DNA of 63,885 nucleotides, filler included, from Octopus bimaculoides (lineage: Eukaryota): NCBI RefSeq assembly GCF_001194135.2. It is 9 parts of 8 records of this genome, joined end to end, with 100 filler letters (N's around TTAATTAATTAA, not from the genome) between each part and the next. Parts side by side here need not be neighbours in the genome. Positions count along the whole stretch, not along the records: positions 48,305 to 62,744 come from NC_068995.1; positions 62,845 to 63,885 come from NW_026384414.1; 7 more parts are not named here. The stretch is one strand, 5' to 3'. The translations under genes and the position numbers were made by a program. The notes under the pieces were generated by a model. That model saw only the letters and a list, made by a program, of their open reading frames with translations. It made no database searches and had not been told where the DNA came from. Positions 51,840 through 63,885 of this stretch are shown piece after piece. Each line of letters begins with the position of its first letter. Position 1 is the stretch's first letter.

Positions 51840-52639
51840 CATGCATACATACATACATACATACATACATACATACATACATACATACATACATACATAC
51901 ATAGGGAGATAGATAGATACATAAAGAGACAGACTGACAAAATAGATGATGATAAATAGTGTATCTCAAGCTCAGTTTATATAGTAAATACAGAAATAGA
52001 CGGAAGCAGTTAAGAAGATATATAGTGATAATGAATGATAATTATGTATAATTAAAATAATGATGATGAGTATTAATTTCCCAAGGAAGTAGAATATGAC
52101 AATGATAAAAATATTATTGCTAATAATGATGATGTATTAAATTTCATTTGGAAATTTATTTGAAAATGAATATTCTCAAGGAAAAACGTTGTTCCATAAT
52201 AATTTATGAGACTCTAATAAAGACGGATTCATTATAAGATAAATAAAGTAGGTTTCTATAAAGCACGGTGCATGCAATTTGAAATGAGTTAATCGCCTCA
52301 GGAAATGCTTTATACACACAGAGGTGTTTATTTACAGAGATGGACAAATGAGAGGCGACTCAAGCATAATCCTCCGTTGGGTATACCTAAAATATTAACA
52401 TTTTGAATTTTTGGAATCTATGAAGGCTGAAACATTCGAAACTAAAAAAAAAAAGGATTTCTTTAAAGATATCTTGAATATATTGATGTTTCAAATACCT
52501 GGCGTCCAGGAGATCGGTCCTTGAGGACATATTCTGTAATTAATTAATTAATTAATTAATTAGTTAATTGGAGCATCTATAATCTAACAAAATCCAAATG
52601 TGTTTCAATAAAAATTTGGGAGCATGTCCTCAATAAGAT

Positions 52640-53310
52640 TTCTGATAAGATTATTCTACGAATTCGCCTTGAGCTTCAATGCAGAACAACGGCATGACTG
52701 CACCACCTTGCTCTAATTGTTCGCGGACATTACCTGTATAACGGTGACGTTCCTTGAAGCTATGTTAGTGTGAGGTCATTGATTTTTCATTAACGCACCT
52801 AACATCAAATTTAAACCTTGTGACACATATTTCGTGTTACATAACCGAAAACTTTTCGGGAATTCAATTTGGGATAACGTTAATACTTGTTGTGACACAT
52901 TACCTACTGTCTACTTTAGCCAACCATGGCTTAACAACTGACTCCAACATCTAAATGTATCTGTCAGCATTAACTCTAAAACACTGAGGAAAGATATGAT
53001 GTCGTATGACACAGTCTTCGTTACTTCCCACTCTCCAAACTACCACAGTTGCTGGAAAATTAAAGTTGTAATAGCGCAAAAGCTTGCACTTAATCATGTT
53101 TCATTCCCCGTTAGTCTTTTGGCCCTCGCCACAGCTTTCCTCATCATAGTATAACCAAGGCATTCGTTGTTGTTAAGGATTTTCAACCTTGTTTATTAGC
53201 CTCATGGTACGGACCAGATAGTTTTCCTGGGTTTCTATAGACAGGAATACGCTTCTCTTCAATACGTACGAATTACGTCGAAAGCCCTCGTGCACCACAG
53301 TTCTGATAGT
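52640..53310 (-). pseudogene. Heavily decayed maT/DD37D transposase (catalytic and C-terminal part)
   Basis: Minus-strand RTVVHEG, FPATVVV, HIFPQ.LRVNADRYI, MLESVVKPWL and IEAQGEFVE* segments with many stops. Confidence 0.75.
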
Positions 53311-54920
53311 TACTCCAGCGCCTGAGTTCTATGGTGATGACTCTCATTTATTTTCCGAGATCATCATCTATGATTGATTTGAATCTGTTAAATCAATTGT
53401 CCTAAAGTTGAGAACGTTTGTCTTCTCAATGTTACACTTGAAATATAATTTAGTGGAACGAGGAAATGCTTGTATACAATATTTTTACATGCAGATTCTT
53501 TTTCCTAACAGAGAAATGAAATTTACCTCGCTATAGATCGCAAGCTGCGAGCATGGTGTATTTCATATATATCAATATTGAAACACATATATACTCACCG
53601 CAAATATCACAGCGTAGATCTCTATGTCTGCACATAAATGTTTACTTACACGATATTGACATAAATCTAGATTTATGTCAATCGAATGGATTTTAGTATT
53701 GCATGGATAAAACAGTTTTCTAAGAGATCACTCAATATATAAAAGCTATCAAAATTAAATGGTGTGTGCTCGCTCTGAACAGTTTCTGGAAGCATACAGA
53801 ATTTAAAGACTCATTCAAAAATAACGTACAGCGATAAGTATTTTCGTGTGTTTCATTTACCTTTTTCTATGAGCGAATTCTCTTCTCACATACTATTTCT
53901 AATAAATTAAATTCAGTAATTGATCACATACTATTTCGAATAAACTAAATTCAGTAATTGAAATTTTAGTATTTTTCACTCGTAATGTATTATGCTAATT
54001 TTCATAAGAGGTACGGAAATAGTTGAAATACTCTGAGACTCAGATATATGCATCGGAAGATTGGAATAACGATACTGTTCAAATACCGATTTTTCTGTAT
54101 TTCGTTTAAACTTAACTTATTTCCGTATGTGTAATACATTTTGTCATATATTTAGAAGTACATAGTTCTAGGTCATTCACATTTGTGATATTCACAATAT
54201 ATGTTTTTTATGTGCTACCAATCGTTTGATGTGCTGAGAACATGCCAAACATTGTTTTAGTAACACGTCTGCTGTCCCAGCACAATCATCAGATATTTCC
54301 CACGTGAAACTAATAGCAGCACATAAAAACATATATTGGATTTATTAAATAAAATTTATCACGCACTAGACGGAGTAGTTCGTATGTTGATCTTACCGAT
54401 ACAGAACAGTACACTATATATATATATATAAGATAGGAAGTAGGATGGATGATTACACGTGGTTGAATATATAAGGAAAGAAATACGATAGAAAAACACT
54501 GATTTGTTTTACAAGACTAAAAAATATATTAGAATCATTATAGCAATAGTAAGACGACTAAAGAATGAATGAGACTTCGATATTATGTAAATAGAGGAAT
54601 TTATCTGTAATATAATATGTGACAATTATTCGGATATTACAGTTATATATATATATATNNNNNNNNNNNNNNNNNNNNNNNNNNNNNNNNNNNNNNNNNN
54701 NNNNNNNNNNNNNNNNNNNNNNNNNNNNNNNNNNNNNNGTGTGTGTGTGTGTGTTTATGTCCCCGTCACTTAGCGGTTCGGCAAAAGAGACCGATAGAAT
54801 AAGTACTAGGCTTACAAAGAATAAGTCCCGGGGTCGATTTGCTCGCATAAAGGCGCTGCTCCAGCATGGCCGCAGTCAAATGACTGAAACAAATAAAAGA
54901 GTAAAAGGGTATATATATAC

Positions 54921-54969
<49 letters not shown>

Positions 54970-55024
54970 CATATATATATATATATATAACACTTGTGCA
55001 ATTCTCTCTCGCTCTTTCTCTCTC

Positions 55025-55084
55025 TCAGTCTGTCACCCCGTCATACATTGCGTACTACGCACGTTCATGCTCCTCTAGGTAAGC
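55025..55084 (+). promoter_or_regulatory. Inr-like TCAGTC plus short non-coding exon plus AG/GTAAGC donor
   Basis: Follows a (CT)n tract; near-identical end motifs occur inverted at 55879-55930. Confidence 0.4.
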
Positions 55085-55878
55085 AACCATTAAGCTTTGT
55101 ATCTACTAAATCTTCAAAGCATAAGTTATCCCATTTTAGACGATTTATATATTTTTGATAATAAAAGGATGACATACAGATATATTTTATATTCCATTTG
55201 TCTCACCTTATAGTAATTGTAACATTACAAAATACTGAAATTTCCCGGTCAAAAAAATCTATCTATCTATCTATCTATCTACCTGATTATTTATCCAGCC
55301 ATGTATCTATCTATTTATCCATCTATCTATCTGTCCATCCACCCATCCATCCATCCACACACCCGTATGTGTGTGTTATTTCTTTACTACCCACAAGGGG
55401 CTACACACAGAGGGGACAAACAGATTAAGTCAATTATATCGACCCCAGTGCGTAACTGGTACTTATTTAATCGACCCCGAAAGGATGAAAGGCAAAGTCG
55501 ACCTCGGCGGAATTTGAACACAGAACGTAGCGGCAGATGAAATACCGCTAAGCATTTCGCCCGGCGTGCTAACAATTCTGCCAGCTCACCGTATGTGTGT
55601 GTCTATGTATGTGCACGTAGATGGTTGGATGGCTGGATAGATAGATAGATAAAGAAATTGGTAGATAGATAGATAGATAGACAGATAGATAGTTTTTTTT
55701 TTTTTGCGAGGGAAATTTTCGGTATTTTGTCATTTTACAATGACTATAAGGTGAGAGAAATTGAGTATGAAATATATCCGTATGTCATCTTATTATTATA
55801 TAAAAAATATATATATAACTCATCTAAGATGGGATAAGTTATTCTTTGAAGATTTAGCAGATACGAAGCATCATAGTT

Positions 55879-55930
55879 GCTTACCTGGAGGAGCATGAAC
55901 ATTTGTAGCAAGCATTGCATGACAGACTGA
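55879..55930 (-). promoter_or_regulatory. Inr-like TCAGTC plus short non-coding exon plus AG/GTAAGC donor (inverted relative of 55025-55084)
   Basis: Shares TCTCTCAGTCTGTCA and GTTCATGCTCCTCyAGGTAAGCAAC with the + copy. Confidence 0.4.
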
Positions 55931-55958
55931 GAGAGAGAGAGACATACAGACAGACAGA

Positions 55959-56010
<52 letters not shown>

Positions 56011-59000
56011 CGGAGAGAGAGAGAAAGAAGTGCACAAGTGTTATGTAGCTGTTTTAGGGTCGACTGCACACAGAGATCGCAAACTACTTTTTTAAACACT
56101 AACTACAGCAGATTCATTGTTAGAAGTAACATTATTCCAGATGTCTAGGATATCATACAATTAGTCTTTCCATCTCAAGTAGCGTCAGAACAGATTCAGA
56201 GTTGAAGTATTTTCTAAATGCCTTCATGACAGGGGTTTTATTTTATTTTTATATTGTTTTCGTATTGGTCAGTCTAGAAAGGATTTAACACCGATGATCA
56301 ATGAAAGAGGGTTTATATCAATTTCCTTTACAAGTGATTTTGAAAGGAAAGAGTTGTAAATGATAATTATGCCTGTATTGTGGTCTTACAATAGTAGGTT
56401 TTTCGCTACTTGATAGCGACTTAATATCGACTTCCGATTATTGATTTAATGGTAAAAAAGACACAACGTAAGATGTTATAGCAGACAGCAGATAACATAA
56501 TGCCATTTTTGTTTCCTTTTTTCAAGACAATAACTAGATTTATTGGATACAATGTTCTTGGTAATGCAAGGAAAATAGTGCTGACTCAGTATCTCCTTTG
56601 CAGAATGCAGATTTTTGTAAAAAAATATTAGCTGTCTGTAGAGAATGACTTTGGTCGTTTAAATCGCTGCAGGCTAACTCATAGTCGATAACTACATTCC
56701 ATGTACTTATCTACATTGAAGAAATGAAAATTAAAACAGTCTGCAATGATATTTGAACTCAAACTTTAGAAGGATTGCATTAAATATAGTTTAGAATTTA
56801 CACCAATATATTGCCGTTTATTCGGTTAGCGAAATATTAAAACTTATGGTAATAGCAGAGATTACATAAAACAATTTTCTTCTGAAAGAATTTAATTTTA
56901 ATAAATTTAAATAACTGGACTAACCTTCCTTATTGTATCTTGAAGATTATACTATTTATTGCCTATTTCTAACCCTGCAAATATCTGTTTTTGTCTCAAA
57001 TTTTTTAGAAAGACAATAATATTGAAATCCATTCAACAATACAACTGCGGTGAAATATTTCAGAATAGGAAATGGGAAATAATTAATAAACACCAAGTTG
57101 CAAATTTTACATGGAGAGATATATATTTCTATATTCGGAATAAATTATATTCTATTCGTAGTTTAGAAACTCTTGATTCTAGTCAATTTGGCTGGTATGC
57201 ACGTACTGTGTATCGACATTTTACAAAGGATCTATTTTCAAAACGTCAAAAATGTAGAAAAAGAAATATTCAGGATGTTCTATAAAAAATTTTGTCTGCC
57301 ACCATATTTTGTGTGATCCTGACCATGTAATTTAACTTTATTTTCTTAATATTTTTTTCATATACGATCAGATAAACATTTATGTAAAAAGTTGTATTTT
57401 ATTTAAATTAATAGGAGCAGTCATAGAAATAATATTTCAATAAAGCGTAGTGCATTAAATAGTTTCTGATTACTCAAATGAAATTACATTTCTTATTTGT
57501 TTGTAATCTATATCTGACATTGAAAGGAATCTATGTTATTTATAATAAAAGATGAATGACTAAGAAATTGTGTGAAATGTGGAGAATGATATGGCTAAGC
57601 TGAGTCAGCGGGTTGGTTTCTATTCAAATTTGAAATCAATACACTTCATTTAGCCTGCTGATCTTTCTGAGACGACCATGAACATCTCACATTCCTATTT
57701 TATCTCCTATAAACGAGTGGACCTCTTCGGCAAAAAAATCAATATTAAGGTTATAAAATCTCAAAGCTTTAATTAAATTTCAAAGTATATGCTTTGATAT
57801 TAGCTGGCTAGGTGTCTTACGTAATCTTACAGAATATTTATTCTCCGAATGATATATAATTTATTGATCGATAAAACTCATGCATCCCTGATGAGCTTAC
57901 ATTTCATAATATTCAATGGTGCTTTCATAAAATTTACTACTTGTGGTTTAAATCGTTAATGATCCAGACGATTTACTTTCAGAGAAAGCAGGTTAGAAAA
58001 TATATGTACAAACTCTTAACAGCATAACTGATACGATATTGAACAAATCATATTTTGTGATATTAGGACGATTTACGGAATGCATTCAATCTATAGATCT
58101 TAGCAAACAGCTCATCACTTTTCCTAAAATCTAATAAAGAGCATCTTTCATACCTAGATATGCATCATCAAAGGCAGGTTCCCCACTAAAGTAAAGGAAT
58201 TTGAAAGGAAATGACTTTAGCATAGGGAAAGATAGGAATACATTTTGTAATTTACGTCCTGCTAAGTAGATTTATTTCCTTGTACATGTTTATCCCGGTG
58301 AATGCCAGTTATGTAAAGATAATGTGAACCGACCTAATGTTCATTTTGGTTTATTAGGTAACTTTAGCTTTCCCGTAATATATCTTCAAAGGAATCAGAT
58401 GCGTGCAATGATTCCTCAGAATTATGATATGTTTTCCACGATATCATCACCAATATCGAATCAGGTTTTCTTTTTTTCTTTCCTTTTTTTTTTCAATAAC
58501 AGATATTTGATGTATACTCAGGCAAAATTCCATCTGTTTAATGTATTCATTATTTGATATGAAGCTCCTGAAAATCTTAACGCGATATTTGCGTCTATGT
58601 AAAGATTGCCGGTTATTTTTTATACTGTAATTTAACATATACAATTTCTGTTATCTTATTCAATATTCGCTGTTTTGCACAACAAACCACTCATGCGTCA
58701 ATGTTTAAAACTGATCATTTATGTTTGTGCGTGTACATATTTGTTTAGATATACAGAGACATATATGTGTGGTGTGCACGCATACACACACACGTACATA
58801 CACACACGTACATACACACACATGCATATATAAATTCATACACATATTTGTGTGTGTGGGCGTATGTGTGTGTCGTATTTCTCCTTTGATACATTTTGGG
58901 CTCTAATTCTTTTGAATCTCACACTTTTGATACATGCCTTCGCTCAATGTTTGTATATGTGATATATGGAACCATGTATCAATGTACATTTGCGTATTAT

Positions 59001-59889
59001 ATATGCCCTCTCTCTCAATGTGCTTTTCTTGAAACATTCATTTAAATCACTAAATTTTCACATCAAGTAATATATATCCATCAACCTATCTATGAATATG
59101 TAGGAATACATACAGAGAGAGAGAAGACAAAGAGCGTGATGGAATTTTACTGCTACATATATATATGTATAGTTATACACACACACACGCACACACACAC
59201 ACACACGCACACACACACACACACACACANNNNNNNNNNTATATATATGTTCTTCTATGTTACCATATATGAAAACCGGTTACAAATCGATTTTGGTTTG
59301 TTTACTACCCCGTGATACAGCGGTTCGATAGAATGAAGTGTTAAAATAAGTACCGGACTAAATTAAAATAAGCATTTGCTTCGACTTGTTAGGCTGAACA
59401 CATCAACGTGATACCCCAGCACGGTCGCAATCCCGGTTATTGTCAGAAGTATAAAACAAAAGAGAAAAGGTATACGAATATACAAACGTATATGCAAAAA
59501 TCAGAGAAATATATGGAATTCGTTTCCACCAATCTTGCACCGGTTCATCGCGAGTCAGATGCTATACAAACAGTTGCGGTGCGTCTTAAGTGCAGACGTG
59601 CCTTGTATTTGACTTGTCAAAAAGTAGCTCGATTTTTAACGTCAGTTTCATTTATTTCTATTTCAATTCATTTTGGTGATAGTAGTATGCTAAGCGCGTA
59701 CACAAATAAATTTAAACGACTTACTACAATGTGTGTACCCGAATAAAAGATTATTACATGCGTACATATGTGTGTGTTAGTGTGTGTATATATATACACA
59801 CACACATAGTTATATACATATACGTATACATATATTCATATATATATGTGTGAATATATACATGTATATATATATACATATATATATAC

Positions 59890-59921
<32 letters not shown>

Positions 59922-59927
59922 TTACAT

Positions 59928-59959
<32 letters not shown>

Positions 59960-60361
59960 NNNNNNNNNNNNNNNNNNNNNNNNNNNNNNNNNNNNNNNNN
60001 NNNNNNNNNNNNNNNNNNNNNNNNNNNNNNNNNNNNNNNNNNNNNNNNNNNNNNNNNNNNNNNNNNNNNNNNNNNNNNNNNNNNNNNNNNNNNNNNNNNN
60101 NNNNNNNNNNNNNNNNNNNNNNNNNNNNNNNNNNNNNNNNNNNNNNNNNNNNNNNNNNNNNNNNNNNNNNNNNNNNNNNNNNNNNNNNNNNNNNNNNNNN
60201 NNNNNNNNNNNNNNNNNNNNNNNNNNNNNNNNNNNNNNNNNNNNNNNNNNNNNNNNNNNNNNNNNNNNNNNNNNNNNNNNNNNNNNNNNNNNNNNNNNNN
60301 NNNNNNNNNNNNNNNNNNNNNNNNNNNNNNNNNNNNNNNNNNATATAGGTAAGTAGGTAGG

Positions 60362-60404
<43 letters not shown>

Positions 60405-60629
60405 AGTGATTGATTGTTTAACTGACAGGAACTTACAGAGATAGATAGATTCATAAACATTTGCGTAAACTATATTTATCCCGTTCGTTTACTGTCAAAA
60501 ATCCAAGCACCTAAGTGCGTGTATTGAATCTAGAAACATACGCACCTTAGAAACTATACATATAACAAAACGTTGAGCTGGGTGGTATTTGTGCAATGCG
60601 ATTGTGAGACGCGTGTTTCCGTGTGCCTG

Positions 60630-60940
60630 TACTTCACCAATGACCGACAGCTTCAGTCGTTCTCAGTGTTGAGAAACGTGCCGATCACATTTCTAAACTG
60701 CAAAAACTATATCTGCAGGTTTGTAAAATGCTTTGACATTGATAAGCTATATTGACACAGATAAAGGTCTGTGACAGCCACAAGAAGTAAATCAGAGCAT
60801 TGACGGTTATTTATTTCTAGACATTGCTTATAAAGATCGAATCATCTCTGAGATTTTAATAGCAGCAGATATCTTCCTAAGATTCAGCGACCACGTGAGT
60901 TTGGAAATATATACACACAAGCTTTTTCTCTCTTTTTCTC

Positions 60941-61013
<73 letters not shown>

Positions 61014-61294
61014 TCTCTCTCTCTGTATCTATCTGTGTGTCTAGCTAGCTATGTGTGTGTGTTCGTGTGTTTGTGTGTGTTCATGTGTATGTGTACATAT
61101 ATAGGTTATGTTTTATCCATAGTTTTTTGTATTATACGCATGAACACACAATATATAAAAATATATATGATACCTGTATATGGCGCAGGAGTGGCTCTAT
61201 GGCAAGTAGCAAGCAGACGTGTTTGTTGTCGCACCCGTTCTCACGTCGCTGAATGCCAGCGTCGTGAATTTTTGACGTACAACTACAGGTAAGA
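60630..61294 (+). promoter_or_regulatory. Candidate promoter / non-coding first exon(s): CCAAT 60637, TCAGTC 60653, donor CAG/GTAAGA at 61288/61289
   Basis: CpG-richer unique islands with Inr-like motif and a consensus donor. Confidence 0.3.
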
Positions 61295-62009
61295 CTTTTG
61301 TGTTTTGGGGATTTAGTGAGGGTTTGTTGCTCGTGTTTATTTATATTTATGTTGAACAAGAAATCTCCACTGAATTACACGCATTTGTCTGCCTGTGGTT
61401 GTGCTTAATGTCTCACTTAGCGGTGAGAAGAGTGTTTTGGAGGTATCACTCGTCCAAAAATTGTGAACTTAGTTTGTAAAGGTTTATTGTTTTCAAACCG
61501 TGAAATGAGAACTACAAATGAATATTGTGAACTTTGTTNNNNNNNNNNNNNNNNNNNNNNNNNNNNNNNNNNNNNNNNNNNNNNNNNNNNNNNNNNNNNN
61601 NNNNNNNNNNNNNNNNNNNNNNNNNNNNNNNNNNNNNNNNNNNNNNNNNNNNNNNNNNNNNNNNNNNNNNNNNNNNNNNNNNNNNNNNNNNNNNNNNNNN
61701 NNNNNNNNNNNNNNNNNNNNNNNNNNNNNNNNNNNNNNNNNNNNNNNNNNNNNNNNNNNNNNNNNNNNNNNNNNNNNNNNNNNNNNNNNNNNNNNNNNNN
61801 NNNNNNNNNNTGGCCTGAAAATTTGTTATTCTGCCTGGAACTTTATGTTTTATTTATTCTTTCTGAACTGTTGTATTTCCTTTCTCCTTCTTTTATGAAC
61901 TTTTTTAGTACGAACTGTTTATTTTTTTTCTTCCGTTTTTTTAACTGTTTTCTCTTTTTGCCTGTTTTTAAAATTTTCGTTGTTTAATTTTTATGTGGAC
62001 ATTTTTATC

Positions 62010-62744
62010 ATGGCAGAGAACATAAAGAAAAATAAGGCCACTGCTGTGGAGTGGGAGATTATCCCACCCAAGGAGTGGTTAAATGATTTCAGGGAAAGAA
62101 CGGTGGTGTTACGGACCTACTCTAGGTTACTCGACACCATTACGGTCTTTCCCAAAATTGAAATCGAAAAAGAGTTGGCAGAATATCTGCCAACTATTAA
62201 GATTATGGCAAGGGGTGTAAAATACGCGACGGTTAGGTTGCTATTTGACGCCCCTGAGGTGGATCGCAAGTTTGCGAACCAGCCCTTAGAAGGGGAAACA
62301 ATTCTGTCTCTCTCCACATGCTGTAGGAAGAAATTAACTAGAGCTTGGATCTGTGGGCTGCCACCCGGTATGGAACCTGATTGGATAGAGGATACTATCC
62401 GACGGGGTCTGGGTGGCAGTGGAGCCAAGCTCTTAAATGTGAAAATGTTACCTACAGCTGATTGGGTTGGATCAAAAGCGGTTTTGACCCTGTGGACCCA
62501 ATCAGCCAGAGATCTGGTTCTCCCAGATTTTCTAAGGATGGGCAGGCAGAGATATCCAGTCATAGTCGAGGGACGTCCCCCGAAATGTAACCTGTGTCTG
62601 GAGCCTGGTCATATTAAGAAGGACTGCCCCCAGGACCAGAGTAAGGTCTTGGAACAGTTAATAAATGTTGTTCCCCACGCTCTCCCAGTGGAGGGAGAGA
62701 CGGAGAAAGTCGAGGAGGTTTCCACCTCCTTGAAGAAAGGGAAG
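62010..62744 (+). mobile_element. Non-LTR retrotransposon ORF1 (gag-like, CCHC zinc knuckle), uninterrupted until gap
   Basis: ATG at 62010, 245 codons without stop, VIVEGRPPKCNLCLEPGHIKKDCP knuckle typical of L1/Tx1-type ORF1. Confidence 0.75.
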
Positions 62745-63885
62745 NNNNNNNNNNNNNNNNNNNNNNNNNNNNNNNNNNNNNNNNNNNNTTAATTAATTAA
62801 NNNNNNNNNNNNNNNNNNNNNNNNNNNNNNNNNNNNNNNNNNNNGATAGATAGATAGATAGATAGGAAGCAAGAGGACAGATGGCGTTATGTTTCGGGTT
62901 ATACTTATGACTGTTGTATTTGTTTATATTCGATCCGTTGCTTTCACCGAACTGCTCACTTACGGTGACGTAAACGAACCAATACCGGTTCTCAAAGCGG
63001 TAGCGGCGACAAACACAAAATCACACACGCACATACAAACACATACAACGAATCGACCCAAGGATTTATTCTTTGTAAGCCTAGGACTTATCCTATCGGT
63101 CTCTTTTGCAGAACCGCTATGTTACGGGGACGCAAACACGCCAACATCGATTGCCAGGCGATGGTCGGAGGCCAAACACAGACACACAAATACATCCATT
63201 CATCTATCTATCTATCTATCTACCTACCTATCTACACCCTTCAAGGTGTAGCGGAACGTAATGACCATCGATTTGCAGTACCGCAAACTGTCTGGAATGC
63301 AAACAAGCAAACACCGGTTAACAAGAGATGGTGGATGGGCAAACACAAAAACACACACACAGATATATATAATATATACGACGGGCTTCTTAGAGTTTCC
63401 TTTCACTAAATGTACGCAAAGGAGATATAGAATTCATTTTCTTAAAATTCTGCGCCATGGGAATGAACTCGAGACCACATGCTACGAAGACTTTATCTGT
63501 ATCGTCCCCTCAATGTCCTTCTCTTCCCCTCTCTCTGTAGGCATTCGTCGGCCCCAGATTATAATAGAAGAAACTTGCCCAAGGTGCCAGACAGTAGGAC
63601 TGAACCCGGAACAATGTAAGTGGGAAGCAACCTTCTTATAACGCATTCACGCCTATATATATACATGAGTGTGTGTGTATGTAAAACATATATATAAATC
63701 TCTTTATTGCCCTCAAGGGGCTAAACAGAGGGGACAAACAAGGACAAGCAAAAGCATTAAGTCGATTACATCGACCCCAATACGTCACTGGTACTTATTT
63801 AATCGACCCCGAAAGGATGAACGGCAAAGTCGACCTCAGCGGAATTTGAACTCGAAACGTAAAGACAGAAAAAATACCGCTAAAC

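Noticed and set aside
52537-52568. Natural (TTAA)n runs here and near 42229 resembling the linker
   Set aside because: Not flanked by Ns; ordinary tetranucleotide microsatellite
52735-52950. Minus-strand AG/GTAATG donors suggesting host exons
   Set aside because: Sequence is explained by the decayed maT transposase

Overview
Eukaryotic, AT-rich and extremely microsatellite-rich draft scaffold. The SINE families and repeat landscape point to a coleoid cephalopod such as Octopus (inference). About a tenth of the window is N gaps, and eight gaps carry an artificial TTAATTAATTAA linker, so it comprises nine joined segments of uncertain adjacency. Almost all ORF-track entries are microsatellite or N-gap artefacts. 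The best-supported gene is a chain of six phase-compatible + strand exons (42131-48204): an ankyrin repeat followed by a Pro/Ser-rich region, most like the ANKS1 (Odin/AIDA-1)/caskin family. There are several weaker candidate exons and first-exon/promoter modules. Transposon relics include mariner, Tc1, maT/DD37D, a Tigger-like MITE, an RTE endonuclease, a Penelope-like RT, a zinc-knuckle LINE ORF1 and many SINEs. The most interesting signals are two hammerhead-ribozyme-like relics (one an inverted pair whose arms complement each other's mutations), an in-frame 24-bp expansion inside a Tc1 transposase, a perfect 54-bp inverted repeat across a gap from the last visible exon, and two related Inr-plus-donor mini-exons facing each other. 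There is no CRISPR, rRNA or supported tRNA gene. Repeat boundaries are approximate and were read by eye.
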